Source: Camelus dromedarius
Taxonomy: Eukaryota
Length of the DNA: 64,000 nucleotides
Assembly: GCF_036321535.1 (NCBI RefSeq)
Contig: NC_087437.1
Location: 92,940,001-93,004,000 of the forward strand
Direction: 5' to 3'
A model generated the notes under the pieces. That model did not search any database. It worked only from the letters and a program-made list of their open reading frames with translations, and was not told where the DNA came from. A program made the translations under genes and the position numbers. Positions 1 to 13,329 of the stretch are shown in pieces. Position 1 is the first letter of the stretch, and each line of letters opens with the position of its first letter.

Positions 1-784
1 TGAGGTCTTTTTAAAGGCTGATTTAAAAAGATACTTTTTTCTTTCAAAAAAAATTCCATTCCTCCCTCCTTTAACCTTATTTCCCCATTTTTAGTTATTA
101 AAAATTTCTGTTGAGCTTTTTTTTTTTTACTTCTGTGCTTTTTCTTGCCTCTAATCTAAGTTTCCCCTAGGAAGCAGATGACAATATAAAATCTTGAGAA
201 TTAAGCTAGCAAGGAAAGGATTTCCCCCATGGCTTCCTAGGATTTCAGGCCCACTCAGAAGCACTTGAGAAAGAATTGTACATCCTAGGCATTTCCAGAT
301 AAGGTATGATCCTTCTTCCCTGACCTATCTCCTGTGTTCAGACCTTGCCTGAAATTAGAACTTCAGTACAGATCTAGGATGAACTGTCTTATAGGAGAAC
401 AAAGATTTTAGTCTGTTTCATTTTTTTTCTGAATTTATCTTTTGTTACTTTCCTAAAGTGACTATTCCCTCCCACCCCCGATCAATCCAATTTTTAAAAC
501 TTTCTTCCAAATGTTTTATAATCCGTACATTCAAGTTAAGATGGAGTACCTAGTATGTGTTATGTCTTAATATGCCTATATTGCCTATATTTGCAATTTT
601 TCACAGCAGGAAGAAATGATAAGGGTTCTCAAACACTTTTGGAATTTAAGGAGAAATAATCCCTCATGTTTGCTAATAATTAACATGCACATTAAAGTCT
701 AAACAAATATTATAAGTTAAAAAAATTAATAAATTAAAAAATATATTACAGCATTGCCTGGCACTGAGGTGGTGAAAAGTTACA

Positions 785-975
785 GCTTACAATTATCAAG
801 TGCTTGCTGACTACTGTGGGGATGACTCCTAGTATGATTTCATTGATTCCTTATAAACTATGTGGTTCCCCCACTTAACAGGGGAAGAAATTAAGGAAAA
901 GGAGGTTAAGTGATTTGTTCAAGGTCACATATAGTATATAACAGTCAGGATTTGAACTTACACTGTTTATTTCTA
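785..975 (-). mobile_element. MIR SINE, degenerate
   Basis: Reverse MIR core: gaggttaagtgatttgttcaaggtcaca...caggatttgaac. Boundaries approximate. Confidence 0.7.
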
Positions 976-1071
976 GAGACTTAGCTGATTCTCTTAATTA
1001 TTAAGATTAACCATTATTTAAGATTAATTATTAAGATTAGTAGCTTTATGAGTAAAACATAAAGAACTTTC

Positions 1072-1444
1072 TTTTTTTTTAACATTTTTTATTGAGTTAT
1101 AGTCATTTTACAATGTTGTGTCCATTTCCAGTGTAGAGCACAATTTTTCAGTTATAGATGATCATACATATATTCATTGTCACTTTTTTTTTTCACTGTG
1201 AGCTACCACAAGATCTTGTATATATTTCCCTGTGCTATACAGTATAATCTTGTTTATCTATTCTACATTTTGAAATCCCAGTCTGTCCCTTCCCACCCTC
1301 CTCCCACTTGGCAACCACAAGTTTGTATTCTATGTCTATGAGTCTGTTTCTGTTTTGTATTTATGTTCTAGTTTTTTTTCTTCAGATTCCACATATGAGC
1401 GATCTCATATGGTATTTTTCTTTCTCTTTCTGGCTTACTTCACT
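1072..1444 (-). mobile_element. LINE-1 3' end, 5'-truncated, relatively young (artiodactyl/camelid type)
   Basis: Poly-T tail, then ttttattgagttatagtcattttacaatgttgtg...ttcagattccacatatgagcgatctcatatggtatttttctttctctttctggcttacttcact. Flanked by a near-direct repeat taaagaactttctt (1060) / taaagggctttctt (1444), consistent with a target-site duplication. Confidence 0.88.
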
Positions 1445-3149
1445 AAAGGGCTTTCTTTAAAAGGAAAATTTGACTTTTAATTTGAGATTCTTGTCTCTTG
1501 ATTTACTTAAGGTATACATTTTGTGATGAATGATGCTATATCTCTGTTGCTTATTACCTTCTTGACCTTGGGCAGCTTGCATATTTATCTGTGCCCCTAT
1601 TCCTTTAGTTCTAAAAAGAGGATTAGAAACATCAATGTAGAGATCAAATCTGATAATATTTTTATATCTGTACAAAATGCTAGTTGCAATACTAACTTCA
1701 TTTTATGTTCTTGGTTACCAAGAATTTGACCCAGTTTTTAAATATTCTGTAAATTCATAGCAGAATATTAAGAGAGACGACTGTAGTAGGAGAGGGCACA
1801 GGCATGATGAGCTTGCTGTATCCTCAGGCACTTTCTTTTTCGAGCCACAGTGATTTCAAAGTGGAATGTGTATTTCTGTAGCAGAGCTATAGGGCTGACC
1901 TTGAGGAAGTCAAGATATTTAGTTAAAGTAAAATCATGCTATAATCCTGTTTCTGTTCAATTTTTAATAAATAGGACATTTGTACATATCCTGTGAAACT
2001 TCTTACGAATGATTACTTTTTAAACTTAAACTTTAAATAAATCTAAAATTATGTTTTAAAAATATTATAACCACATTGACAATAAAATTATTGCCACATT
2101 TATGTGCCCTCTCAAAGTTGATGGTTTTTTAAAAAATCAGTATTTTTTTATGATGTTATGTATGTCTGTATTATTATTTTTTTTTTAACCCTAACTCTAG
2201 ATTTCTTTGTTGATTGTTCCTTACTGTTGGATTGTTTTATTGAATGTTGTTGCTTATGTTGTTTAATGTAGATTAGAATTTCCATACACTATAGCTGAAT
2301 GATAACTGTAAGAGGTAAAAGTCATTTTCTGGAGAGTATGAGAGTTTGCATACCAGTTTCTCATTAGATCTATAGATTGAGGGTTTTTTTTGTTTTTTGT
2401 TTGTTTGTTTTGGTTCAGCTCAGTATTTGAAACATTTTGACACAGTTGCCAGTGTTAAATTAGGGAAAGTTTATAGAAAAATCTGGAATTTTTTTATTCT
2501 TGAATAATTACTTGATTTGGCAAATGTTTGGTAACAATAGCTTTTAAATAGATAGTGTCACTTTTCGATGGGTTTTGTGCTCTCCATCTCGCCTAAGTCC
2601 CTTCTGGATTGTTTTCCATACTCTAAGGCCAGCCTCATTGGTCATTCTTTTATTATTAGGCTTGCCCTTTTATGTTTCTTGTGAGGGACCAGCTCCTAGT
2701 ATTTATGATACCTGTCTGGCTCCTGTGGGTGGTTCAGTTTGCGTCCCCTGGAGTAAGGACTGCCAGTGAGACTGGGGTTATATCATTTTATTAAAAGTTA
2801 ATTTGTTTCAAATAATTGATTACATATAATTTGCATTTTTATAAAACCATGGGCATATGTGCTCACAGGTAGGCATATGTATTTATGTGTTATATGTATG
2901 GTACAAAAGGTGGTCATACATGAAATATTCCACCCATATGTACCACTCCCATTGGTACTGTGCTTCACTGATCAAATTCTGTGCTGTATCTCTCCTTGTC
3001 TTAGAAGCAAATGTGGTGCATGTGGTGGGACTAGGGAGGCTTAAGGCTCCTGCCTGCCGTAGCCCATTGTAATCCCACCTCTGGTGCAGAGGAAGAGACC
3101 CTTTGACTATACCATCTGCGTGCCATCCGTAGCTGTGTGTATATTTCTT

Positions 3150-3930
3150 GATATAAATAGATGCTTTGTGAAACACTGCTCTGTAACTTTTTCCCCTAAG
3201 CTGTCTATCTTGGGGCTCTTTCCATATTAGCACATTTCTCTCTACCTCATTCTACCAAATGGATCATGTGTAATTTGTTGTTTGGATGTTCTACAGTTAA
3301 TTCAGCCAATCTCTTTTGTTGAACAGGTAGGTTATTTTACATGGTTTGGTATTTTAAATAATGGATAATGATTATCATTGTACACATAGAGTCTTTGCTT
3401 CTTTGTGTGATAGATATATATCCAAGGGATAAATTTCTAAAAATGGAGTTAATTAGTTAAAGAATGTGATTCTGAAATTTTCATGGCTGATGCCAAATTG
3501 TTCTCTAATTTATATTCCATTGAAGAGTATCTGGGAATGTCTTTTTCCTGGCCCTGCACTCTGCCTGCATAGACTGTCATGTTTATTGGTCAGTTAGGTA
3601 GAAAATGGAATTGGGAAATTTAGGTTTGTACTTTTTTCAATTTTGTATGAATTTGAGCATCTTTTCATGTGTTTACTAGCCATTTGTACTTCTTTTTCTG
3701 TGAACTCTTGGTTTTGTTTATTTGTAATTTAATATTTACAACTTTGAACTTTCAAAGTTGTTTTGGTTTTAGAGATCCTTTTTTTAAACTAAGATAGATT
3801 CCAGTATTTTATTAGGTAAGCCATCCTTTTCTTACTGATTTGAAATGTCCTTTTATGATGTATTTAATTTCTTTATATGTTCAAGGCTATTTCAGGAACT
3901 CAGTTTTGTTCCACTGATCTGTTTCAAATT
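3150..3930 (-). mobile_element. Old LINE-1 (L1M-type) fragment
   Basis: Degenerate reverse L1 3' region, e.g. ttgagcatcttttcatgtgtttactagccatttgtacttctttttctgtgaac. Boundaries approximate. Confidence 0.65.
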
Positions 3931-5962
3931 ATTTCAGTTCCTCAAATTTTATAAACATAGTTTTACATACCTGGTAAAATTCTTATGGAATATTTTATAG
4001 GATTATGTAGATGTTTTGATAATCTAAAATTTTTATAGTTTCAGAAAAAAACATTTTTGTTTAAATGATATTTCTTTGTTATAAATAATTAGAACAATTC
4101 AAGGGAGACAGTAAATAGAAACCCCACCAAAAAAAAATCATCACTGATATTAAGAGAACATCATTCTTGATATTTTTATATACTTGTATAAGATAAAAGG
4201 ATAGATAAATAACTTGATAGATAGAATAACATAATAAAACATGAGGAAAATGAATGTGTGTTAAATTTAACTTTAATTTTAAGCAAAGAAACTGAAGTAA
4301 AATGAAAGAAATGGCTGAAATTCACATACAACTTTCTTTACGCTGAGATATTGTTTCCTAAAGTGCCTGAGATTAATAGAGATTAAAAAGAATAATGATG
4401 ACAATCTTAGTCAATGTTGAGTAACTCTGTTAAAATCAAATAGATGTCTGACCACTCTTGTGCTTTATTCCATCTCTCTTTCACTTATCTCTTGTTTTTT
4501 AATAAATCAAATGTTCACTTGGCAATTGAGATTATTTTTTCATTATCACATTCACGTGATTGCACAATTGTGTAGCCATGGTTCTACAATTAAAGACTCA
4601 CGGCTCAGCCACTCAGCTACAGTGACTGTCCATTCCTCTGTGTGTGTTTTTAGTCTAATTGCCTAATTTTTAATTGCCTGATTTTTTATAGAAAGTAGTC
4701 TTTTTTCCCCATCAAGAGTGGTTCATTATTGTCACAGACTTTAAATTATTTTTTAATTTGGCAATATTTAAGGAATTTGTTAGGCTTAAGTAGGAACTTG
4801 TCTTATATAATATCCTTAGATTACTACTTATGCCTCCCAGAATTGTGTGGGCTTAGCTTTGTTATCTTTTGGTCTTTAATATAATGTTCCTTTGCAAAAA
4901 AAATGCCCCCTCCCCTTACTTTTTTATATCAGTTGTCCATAGAATTATTTCTTTCTCCTTTAAATTTCAGTAGTTTAAACTGGGAGATGCTATGCGTGTG
5001 TGTGTGTGTTTGTGCATTTGTTTGTTTTCCAATTTTTTCTTAAAGCGTGATGTGTTCTTTTTAATATATGGACTTAATTCCATAGGAAAATTTGTCCAGT
5101 TTTATATTTTTATATTTATTTTATTTAGTTCTGTTCTTCAGAATCACCATTTATCCTTATTTGGATCATTTTTGTCAATTTTGCATGTCTCAGCTTCTCT
5201 TGACTATATTCAGTTTCTTTGTCTTTTTTTTCTCTGCTCAATAATATCAATTTACAGTTGTTCATTCACCTAATAATTTGTTACTTTTGTTATATGTACA
5301 TTTTGTTCCTTGCCAATTCTGATTTATTTATTATTTTCTAATGCTGTATTTTGTTCCTGTTTTTATTTCCTTGAGTCTGAAGTCTCATTTTACTTCTCAT
5401 TCTGTTTCTTCATCATATAATCTCTCAGCTCTTATTTTTATTGAATTCAGTTTTATTTAAGTTGAAGTAGCGTGTGAGACATTTGTAGAAAGATTCTTTT
5501 TCTGTTCAGCTCAGTTGAGGTGTTCTTCATTAGTTAGATCTCAGATTTTGTATATTCCCTGTATGTCCCCTATTTGGATTCATGCCATCCTTCTAGGACT
5601 TTTACTGCACACCCCTCAGAGTATGAGGGAAGTGCAAGGAAGTTTATGGGCATTGCTTAATTCTTGTATAGTTCCGGAACTTTCATTTCTGACAGAGAGC
5701 ACCTACCACATGCTTCACTTCCCTAGTTTTACCAATTGTGTCCTACTTTGCTTCTCCCCAGATCTGGGGCTAATAAGTGAACCTAGTATATTTGTGTCGT
5801 ACCAGTCCTAAACATGGACTCTGGGGATCTGGGAGAGGGTCAGGAGCAGCTGTGTGTTATTCTTGGTCCTGCTTGGAAAAGAATCTTTGGTTTCTTCTCC
5901 TGGCCACTAGCTTTGGTAATTAGATGTGTTGTATGTTCTTTCCATGCTTAGTTGCTATAGGG

Positions 5963-6185
5963 TAGGGCTACGCAACCTACAGCCCATAAGCCAAATTTGG
6001 CCCCACCATCTGCTTTTGTAAATAAAGTATTATTGGAACACAGCCACACCCACTTATTTACATATTATCTGTGGCCAATTTCATGCTTCAGAGACACAGC
6101 TGAGTAGTTGTGACAGAGACTGTATGTCTGGCAAAGCCTAAATACTGACTATCTGCTCCTTAACAGGAAAAGTGTACCAAGCCTG
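5963..6185. mobile_element. MER58A-like hAT-Charlie MITE, full length
   Basis: Diagnostic tttgtaaataaagtattattggaacacagccacacccac...gagtagttgtgacagagac; 223 bp; 8-bp TSD ctataggg (5955-5962) / ctgtaggg (6186-6193). Confidence 0.88.
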
Positions 6186-6603
6186 CTGTAGGGTAATTTT
6201 ATTTTGCTTGCTGGTTTTTGATTATTTTTCTTTCATTTTTTAGAGGTTAGAGGAGAGAGATGTAGGAATACTTCCTCACTATACTATTTAGACATAGAAG
6301 TTGCTATAATGCTGATTTTAAAATACTCATAGAATAACATAACCATCATATTTTCTCTCTTATACCAAGATGCTTGAAATTAGAAAAAGAAAAAATGTTG
6401 GATTAGTTCAATTTATTTGAGATAAGAATGACTTTATTATACCAGGTAACTTCTACCAATAAATGAAGTTATTCACATCATTCCTCCTTAATGATACCTT
6501 TTTTTTTTTTTCTGTATTAGAGTAAAGCAGCTACTTAATTACAGGAGCTTTTCTGGAAGATGATTTAATTTTTCAATTTCCTTTCTTGTGCACTTTTCCA
6601 AAG

Positions 6604-6773
6604 GTATAAGCGTTTTAACCAGACTTTGAACAACATTGGAGAGAATGAAGGTGGTATTGATAAGTTTTCCAGAGGTTATGAATCATTTGGCGTCCACAGA
6701 TGTGCTGATGGTGGTGTATATTGCAAGGAATGGGCCCCTGGAGCAGAAGGAGTTTTTCTTACTGGAGATTTCA
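6604..6773 (+). CDS. GBE1: Glycogen branching enzyme, internal coding exon (exon 2 by human numbering), 170 bp, phase 2 start and phase 1 end
   Basis: Acceptor ...cttttccaaag ends at 6603 and donor gtgagt starts at 6774. Translation (R)[56 protein letters not shown](N) matches the recalled mammalian GBE1 N-terminal region, including the EWAPGA..VFLTGDFN motif of branching enzymes. Confidence 0.97.
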
Positions 6774-9343
6774 GTGAGTATTTTGGAAGCATTATAGACA
6801 ATTGTAGTATTTTGTTTATTTACTTAAAGCATAATCTTGTTATATGCTGTATATTTAACTTTATGAAGATGATTGATTACAGATACCCTACTTATCAGAT
6901 GTCATAGAATTTAAGTCTTTACCTTCATATGGTAAAAGTGTTTCTGCTATAATTTGATATTGTATTTCTTAAAAACTGTATGTTCTGTAAAATCATATAC
7001 CAGAAGTTACAGTTTATGAGAAAAATAATGCTAGGCAGAGTACTTCAAATTTATTCAACTTTGTTAGCAAACTCTATTTAAGAGTGATCTAGGTAAAAAT
7101 ACTGGTTTAGGTTAAATCTCCACTAGCATTTGCTCCTGGTTAACTGGCTTTGTAGTTCTTGGATCCTCCAATATCCTTTTTGAGACTTCAGTAAAAGTAG
7201 ACATCTCATCTAGAGGGTAAACTTCTTCATCAGTCAATTCCTTTTTTTTTTTTTTCCTTTTCCTTTTTAATAGCACAATGGGAAATAATCTTCCTAGCCT
7301 TGTTATCTACACTGTTAATTTCACTGGAGGCTGCGAAGGTTATTTCCTGTTGTTAGCTCTCTGGAAAGAGTAGTGGTTCTAGAAGTCAGGCTTCCAGCTG
7401 ACAGTCTAGTGGAAGGAAGACCTGTATGTAAATAACTATAATACAGTCTGTTCCGTTTTATTCTATAAGTATAGATAAATTACTGTAATAGTGACAAGGA
7501 AGAACACTCAGTTTTGAAAGTAGAATAGCTAGAAAAATACACCTTGGCAAAATATTCTAATACAAGGAAAGGAAAGGAAGTATCATTACCATATGTATAA
7601 GTGCTGTATATGTACTGGAACTATCATCCCAAAATCCTATTGCTTCTTTACCTATTAGCAGTGATTTAAAAAGTAACATGATTTTACTTTTATCTTTATC
7701 ATGAAAGTGTATACATATAATTTAAAACATTGCTTTTGTGTCTGATTCTTCCCTCCACCTCGAAAGATAATATAAAATGTATCTTCAAAAACCAACAACA
7801 AAAATCTTATTTCTGTTAAGGAATAACTTGACTGTTACTTATATTTACAGTAACAGGAAAATAGGAAAGGAAATGTTCTTAATTCAGTTTTTATCTAAAT
7901 GATTAGCCATTTATTTCTGATAATTTTTCAGAAGAAATTAAAATTAAAGACTGTCCAGACTGTAATTCTGTATTATAGAAAATTACGCCAGTAATCAAAA
8001 TATGTTAGCATATTGTGGTATCTCTCTCTTCTAATTAGTTTAGAAATTGCACTATGCTTTTTCTCAAAGTTTACTCATAATACTGCTGTATGGTATGGTA
8101 TGTTCTAGTGTTTTGTTTTCTTTTTTTTTTTTGCCAACTGACCTGAAAATATTTTAGGTACAAATGCTTATTGTTGTCAAATATGTATTATTTTTAAGAA
8201 AGACGTTGCCATGAATTGGTGTGTAGAAAAAAAGAAAAAAGGATGGGATTTAGAGTTTGAAACCTGGTGGAGCTCTCTAAACACTGTTCTTCACCTGACT
8301 TGGTGGGGAGAAAGGTGACGCTATTCCTCTTACCTGCCTAGCTGGGTTGCTCTAGATACTAACTAGATTGCAAATGTGAAAACATTTTGTACATCACTCA
8401 GTGCTGTAGAAATGTTAATTGGCAAGATTAAAAAAAATACTCCAATTTGCAAAAATCTTTTTTTTTCAATTAAAAAATTACTATTAATTTCAAAAAGAGG
8501 TGAGCCTTGGAAAAGTCAAATGATTTGGTCTCTGTTTAGCCCAAAGGAGGTGGATCTGGCTTTTACCATCCACATATTTAAAACTTGGAAAGCACCTTCA
8601 CTTTAAATATATTACACATATTTTTCTTCACTTGAAAGAAAATGAAACAAGCATTTCTTTTCCTTTCAGTCATTTTTTTTTTTTTTAAACTAGCTTTTTA
8701 AGCAGCTAGCAGCTGCTGCAGCAACCCAGGACAGTGGATATATAATGACATTCATCAAGATTGGAATCTTACCACCCAAAAAGTATTTCTGGGCCACTTA
8801 GAAACTACTTTAAACTCTTTAGATGAATTTTTAAAACTTTGAATCATCTTTAAAAAAGGAAAGTTTTATTCTTTAGAAAATTAAATGTGATATGAAATAT
8901 ACTTGGAGTTTTGCAACTAAATCATGTTTATTGCAGCTTTCTAAATAATTGGAGGAAACTAGTTGCTTTCTAGTAGCTAGATAATATTAAGTAGAGAGAA
9001 AGGCAGTAAACTACATATGTCAATATAAAATAATTGGGTTCCTATTCGCTATAACTGAAAACATTTCATTTAAAATTACTAAGTCTGGGAGCTAGGTATT
9101 TTTCAAATAACCTAAATGTCTATCATTGATAGACTAAAAAAAAAGGAAAAACACCCTGATTTTTATGCCTACAGAAAAAAGAAACCACAGATATTTTTGC
9201 AGAGTGGGAAAGATATTAAGGAATATTTTTACCTGTTTTTCTGGACAAAATTTATCTACAACTTAGGTTTCAGTTATACAGTTGCCAAGAAATTTACATC
9301 ATCACGAAAGGCTTTATATTACTTAATTCCACATGCTCTGAAA

Positions 9344-9726
9344 CAGTGCTCCTCAAAGTGTGCTCTATAGAACCATGTGATTCAGTGCTCTGTGATTGGT
9401 TTGCAATAGTATATTGTCAGAAGTTAGGAGTAAGCATTTAGAAACTTTGATAGCAGTTTGACAGACTAATTTTATTTCTTTTGAATCCCATAATGATAAT
9501 AAAAATATCAGGGCTTAAACTTTGAAAATAGATTAATTTTATTTCTTTTGAATCCCATAATGATAATAAAAATATCAGGGCTTAAACTTTGAAAATATTT
9601 TTTCTTTCAATTTTCTAATAATTCATTTTTTATATTTTATGTAAGCATTAGTCTCTGTACTAGATTGGAAGACTGAAAAAGAAAAGGCAACTGGTCCATC
9701 ACCGTAGACAATTTGAGAAGACACTG
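9344..9726. mobile_element. hAT-Charlie family non-autonomous DNA transposon (subfamily not assigned)
   Basis: Terminal inverted repeats cagtgctcctcaaa ... tttgagaagacactg; 8-bp TSD ctctgaaa (9336-9343) / gtctgaaa (9727-9734). Confidence 0.8.
9467..9597. repeat. Perfect 64-bp direct tandem duplication (period 67)
   Basis: 9467-9530 is identical to 9534-9597 (taattttatttcttttgaatcccataatgataataaaaatatcagggcttaaactttgaaaata), separated by gat. Confidence 0.95.
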
Positions 9727-9834
9727 GTCTGAAAATCAGTGATCATTATTTATTGGTTTAGAAGTCCTTTATGGGTGGAAGGTATCGTTCTGATGTCAAC
9801 CTCCTTTATATTCTCTTCCTTCAACTGAATCTAT

Positions 9835-10210
9835 GGTGGTTGTGTTTGCATTCACTGTGGTATGGCATGTTACAAGAAACTCCATTTTAATGACTTGCAA
9901 CTACGAAGACTAGTTTTTGTTTATGTTGGCTGCAATTATCAGCTGTGGCTCTGTCCTAGGTGTCAAATTCTTTCTAGAATCAAGGGTGATAGTGCAGCCC
10001 CTGTGTGGGACATGCCTATCTCGTGACAGAAAAAGAACAATGGAGGAAACCTGTCATGGCTCTAAAAGCTTCAGCTTAGAAGTGACAAATGTGACTTGTA
10101 CTTCTATTTCGTTAACCAAAGAATTTGGCTTCAAGTCATTGAAGCTGGAAGCAGAATTTTACTTTATGGAAGCTCATGCAAAATTGGGAATTCTAATAAT
10201 ATAAATGACC
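9835..10210 (-). mobile_element. Old MaLR LTR (MLT1J/K/L-like)
   Basis: ctctaaaagcttcagcttagaagtgacaaatgtgacttgtacttctatttcgttaaccaaag resembles the reverse of old MLT1 LTRs. Boundaries approximate. Confidence 0.6.
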
Positions 10211-12764
10211 CTCCGTGGCAAGTGACACATCTTCATAATAAAAAGTGTAAACTTTTCAGAGTTTCTGATTTTCTAGACATAGTCTTTTTTGCAGGAGTGG
10301 GGGAGTTGGTATCAGGTAGGATAGTGCTTCTAGCTTAGATTGTTGAGAAGGTTTCTTTGGAATGTCTACTGACCTTTGGATTCAAATGGAACTTCAAGGA
10401 GTCTTTTGCAATGTAGATATTTTCAACTCCCCATGGGCCCTCTGTAAATGCATTTTTGTTCTGTGGCTGCCTTCAGTTTGGCTTATTGGAGATCGTGAGG
10501 TTTCTGGAAAGTGAATTTTCACGGTGATCTGGGGAACTTGGATACTCTTTGTTTTGGTAAAGTGGTGGCAAACTACAAGGTAGATGTAGAAGGCTTTAGG
10601 GCCGTTAACCAAACCAGCACCAGTGCTGAGAAATGGCCTCTGTGATGTATGTGAGCTTGAAATAACTAACCAGCTAATAGACATTTAGAAAGTTGTCAGA
10701 ACTTTAACTTTCCAACCTGATGGTGATTCTTTCACCCCTTTTATCTGTTTTCACCGAATGAATTGCTCACTTTCAATGGAGTAGATGTACGGTGGAGGCT
10801 TACTTGACCATTGTCTACTTATCAGATTTACTGAATTTACTTCTGCTTGGCAGGCTCACGGGAAATGGTACTGACTGCTTCCCACAGAACACTGAGTACA
10901 CAGGGGTAGTGGACTTTGGTCTACTACATGTGTGCAGTTCTGCTCCTGCGAGTTACGTGGTTTGCTTTTAGTGAGCCGTTTCCCATCTTCCTCCAATCCT
11001 GTGAATGACAATTCTTCTCGTTATAATTCTGTAATTTAATATTATATGAAGTGATGAACTATGAGTGAGACACAAAGAAAATTATTAAGTATTGGGAAGA
11101 TCTCAATAAGGACAAGTTGGAAAAAGTTATTTTGAATTAAGCATGCATAAATGAACTGCAACAAATGATATGAAGCTAAGGATTCCATATGCAGATTATC
11201 TTGCATGCACTTTTTAGCTTTCATTCTATTTTAATCCAAAGAAAATTAGAAATTAGAAATGTTGCCTTGTAGGTATAGGTTCATATAAGAAAGATGATAC
11301 AAAATCCTAATCAGAGGACCTAAATTTAAAGAAATGATGGTAATATAATATTAGAAGGTGGGTGAATGTTTGTATTTGTGTTTTGAGTTAAAACAACATT
11401 TTTACTATATATGTGTATATATATATAATCAGTCTTTGCTTTAATCAGTATTTTCAATATATGTACCAACTTCTGGCCCCCAATTGTGCTGGATCAGAGA
11501 GCTTTGTTATAATGCCTAATGGGATTATTTTTATAGGGTTAGCATCTTTACTTCCTGGGCTTTTAGGGGGTGCTGTTAGAGACTTTACTGCCAGAAGGCA
11601 GATTTTGAGCTGTGTGACATAAATAATAATTTTCTAGCCTCATGTTACTTTTTCATAAATACTCTGTTAAAAATTATGCTATTTGGATAATATATAACAC
11701 TTTTTTATTAGGTTTCAGCTTTGGTATTTCACTTGTAGTTAATGTCTCTACAATTATTTTATTTATGGTTGTTCTTCAGTGCTTGTCTTTTGAAATTTTC
11801 ATAATTTTATACATTAAAATGACTTTATTAAGATCACTATTTACTTATACAAAGAAGGTACATTATTCATATTATTCTCTTATTAAGTTAGAGTTTTTCT
11901 TGGACAAGTGTTGTTTTATTTTATTGTAGTCACATCAAGCCCCAAGTGTGACTGATTATAACATATATCAACATTCTCTGTATCTTGATCACAACTAAAC
12001 TATTCATTTTAAGTTCAAATTGTATTACTCCAAGAAGCTGTCACTTAAGACAGACGTTTAAGGCAACTCCAATTTAATTTGTTGTGATTTTCTTATGCCA
12101 CAGATAACATAACTGAATATCATTTTGCATTTTAGAGGATTTACCAAAATATAGTTAAATCTCTAAAAGATTTATACGCTGTTTGTTTTGCTAATCCAGG
12201 TAGTTGTCCAAAGCAGTTAAACTGGAATTCACTTATTAGCCTTGAAGCGTTGTCTGTTTTATTGTCAAGCTTTTAATCTGTGGCTCTCTCCTCACATCCT
12301 TTCCCTCTTTTCCCTATTATTACCTTGTATTCTTCACATTTTCAATCCCTGTCTATTTTGTCATTAAAAAAAATGGAAGTGTATTTAAGCTTGAATAGAT
12401 TTTGAAGAAAGAAAATTTTGCTTCTTTGTAGCTTTGGAATGGCTTCAGTGAAACTGTGACGGTATTCATTTTAATTTTGACTGTCAGAGATCCACCTCTT
12501 GTGATGGGTTCCTGAAAAAATGACTTAGCCGTCTGTTTTAGTTTTGCTTGTAGATCAGTGGCAGAAGTACCTCAAATGTGTTATTTAGATATTAGGAACC
12601 TGAAAATAATACCACATTTTCTCAGCAAGTTATCCGTGACCTTCAGTAATGATAATCATGGTGTAGTGACACTGTCCAGCAACCATGGGGACTAATGACT
12701 TTTGACCTAAATCTTGCAGACTTATTATATACTGTTACTTCTTAGTTATATATTTTCTTTCTTA

Positions 12765-13285
12765 TTTTTTATTTTAACATTTTAAAAGTTGAGATATAAT
12801 TCACATCACACAACATTTACCATTTCAAAGTGGTTTTTAGTATACTTACTATGTTATGTAACCATTACACTGTCTAATTTCATAGCATTTCCATCACTCC
12901 AAACAGAAACCTCATACCTGTTAGCATTTAGTCCCAATTCTCACCCTCTATTTTTTGGCAACCACTAATCTATTTTCTGTCTCTATGGATTTGCCTATTT
13001 TAGACATTTCATTATAAATGAAATCATACAGTTTGCTGCCTTTTGTTTATGGCTTCTTTCACTTATTATGCTATTTTTAAGGGTCATTCATTTTGTAGCA
13101 TGTAACAGTCCTTCATTCCTTTTTATGGCTGCATAGTATTCTGTTGTGTCAATTCTTTTTTTTATCTGTTCCTGAGCATTTGGACGTTTGTGTTGTTTCT
13201 AGTTTTTGGCTGTTTTGAATAATGCTTCTGTGAACATTTGTGTACAGGATATTATTTTAAACATGTGCTTTCAGTTACCTGGGTG
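12765..13285 (-). mobile_element. LINE-1 (L1MB-like) 3' end
   Basis: ttgagatataattcaca...ggcaaccactaatctattttctgtctctatggatttgcctattttagacatttca...ggcttctttcactta is a typical reverse L1MB 3' UTR. Confidence 0.85.
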
Positions 13286-13329
13286 GCTTTGGTTATTGAT
13301 GTTCTCACCAAGTTCAGATATCTGGCTTT

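Larger units (their letters stand above)
1..6603 (+). other. GBE1: GBE1 intron 1 (3' part; exon 1 lies upstream of the window)
   Basis: No CpG island or GBE1 start exon in 1-6603; ends in the AG acceptor of the 6604 exon. Confidence 0.85.

Noticed and set aside
994..1039. Short ttaattattaagatta direct repeat, and similar 10-16 bp micro-duplications near 27145 and 34578
   Set aside because: Ordinary slippage products in AT-rich DNA.
6626..6907. 93-aa ORF as a standalone gene
   Set aside because: It is GBE1 exon 2 read from a TTG and running through the donor at 6774 into intron; similarity ends at GDF.
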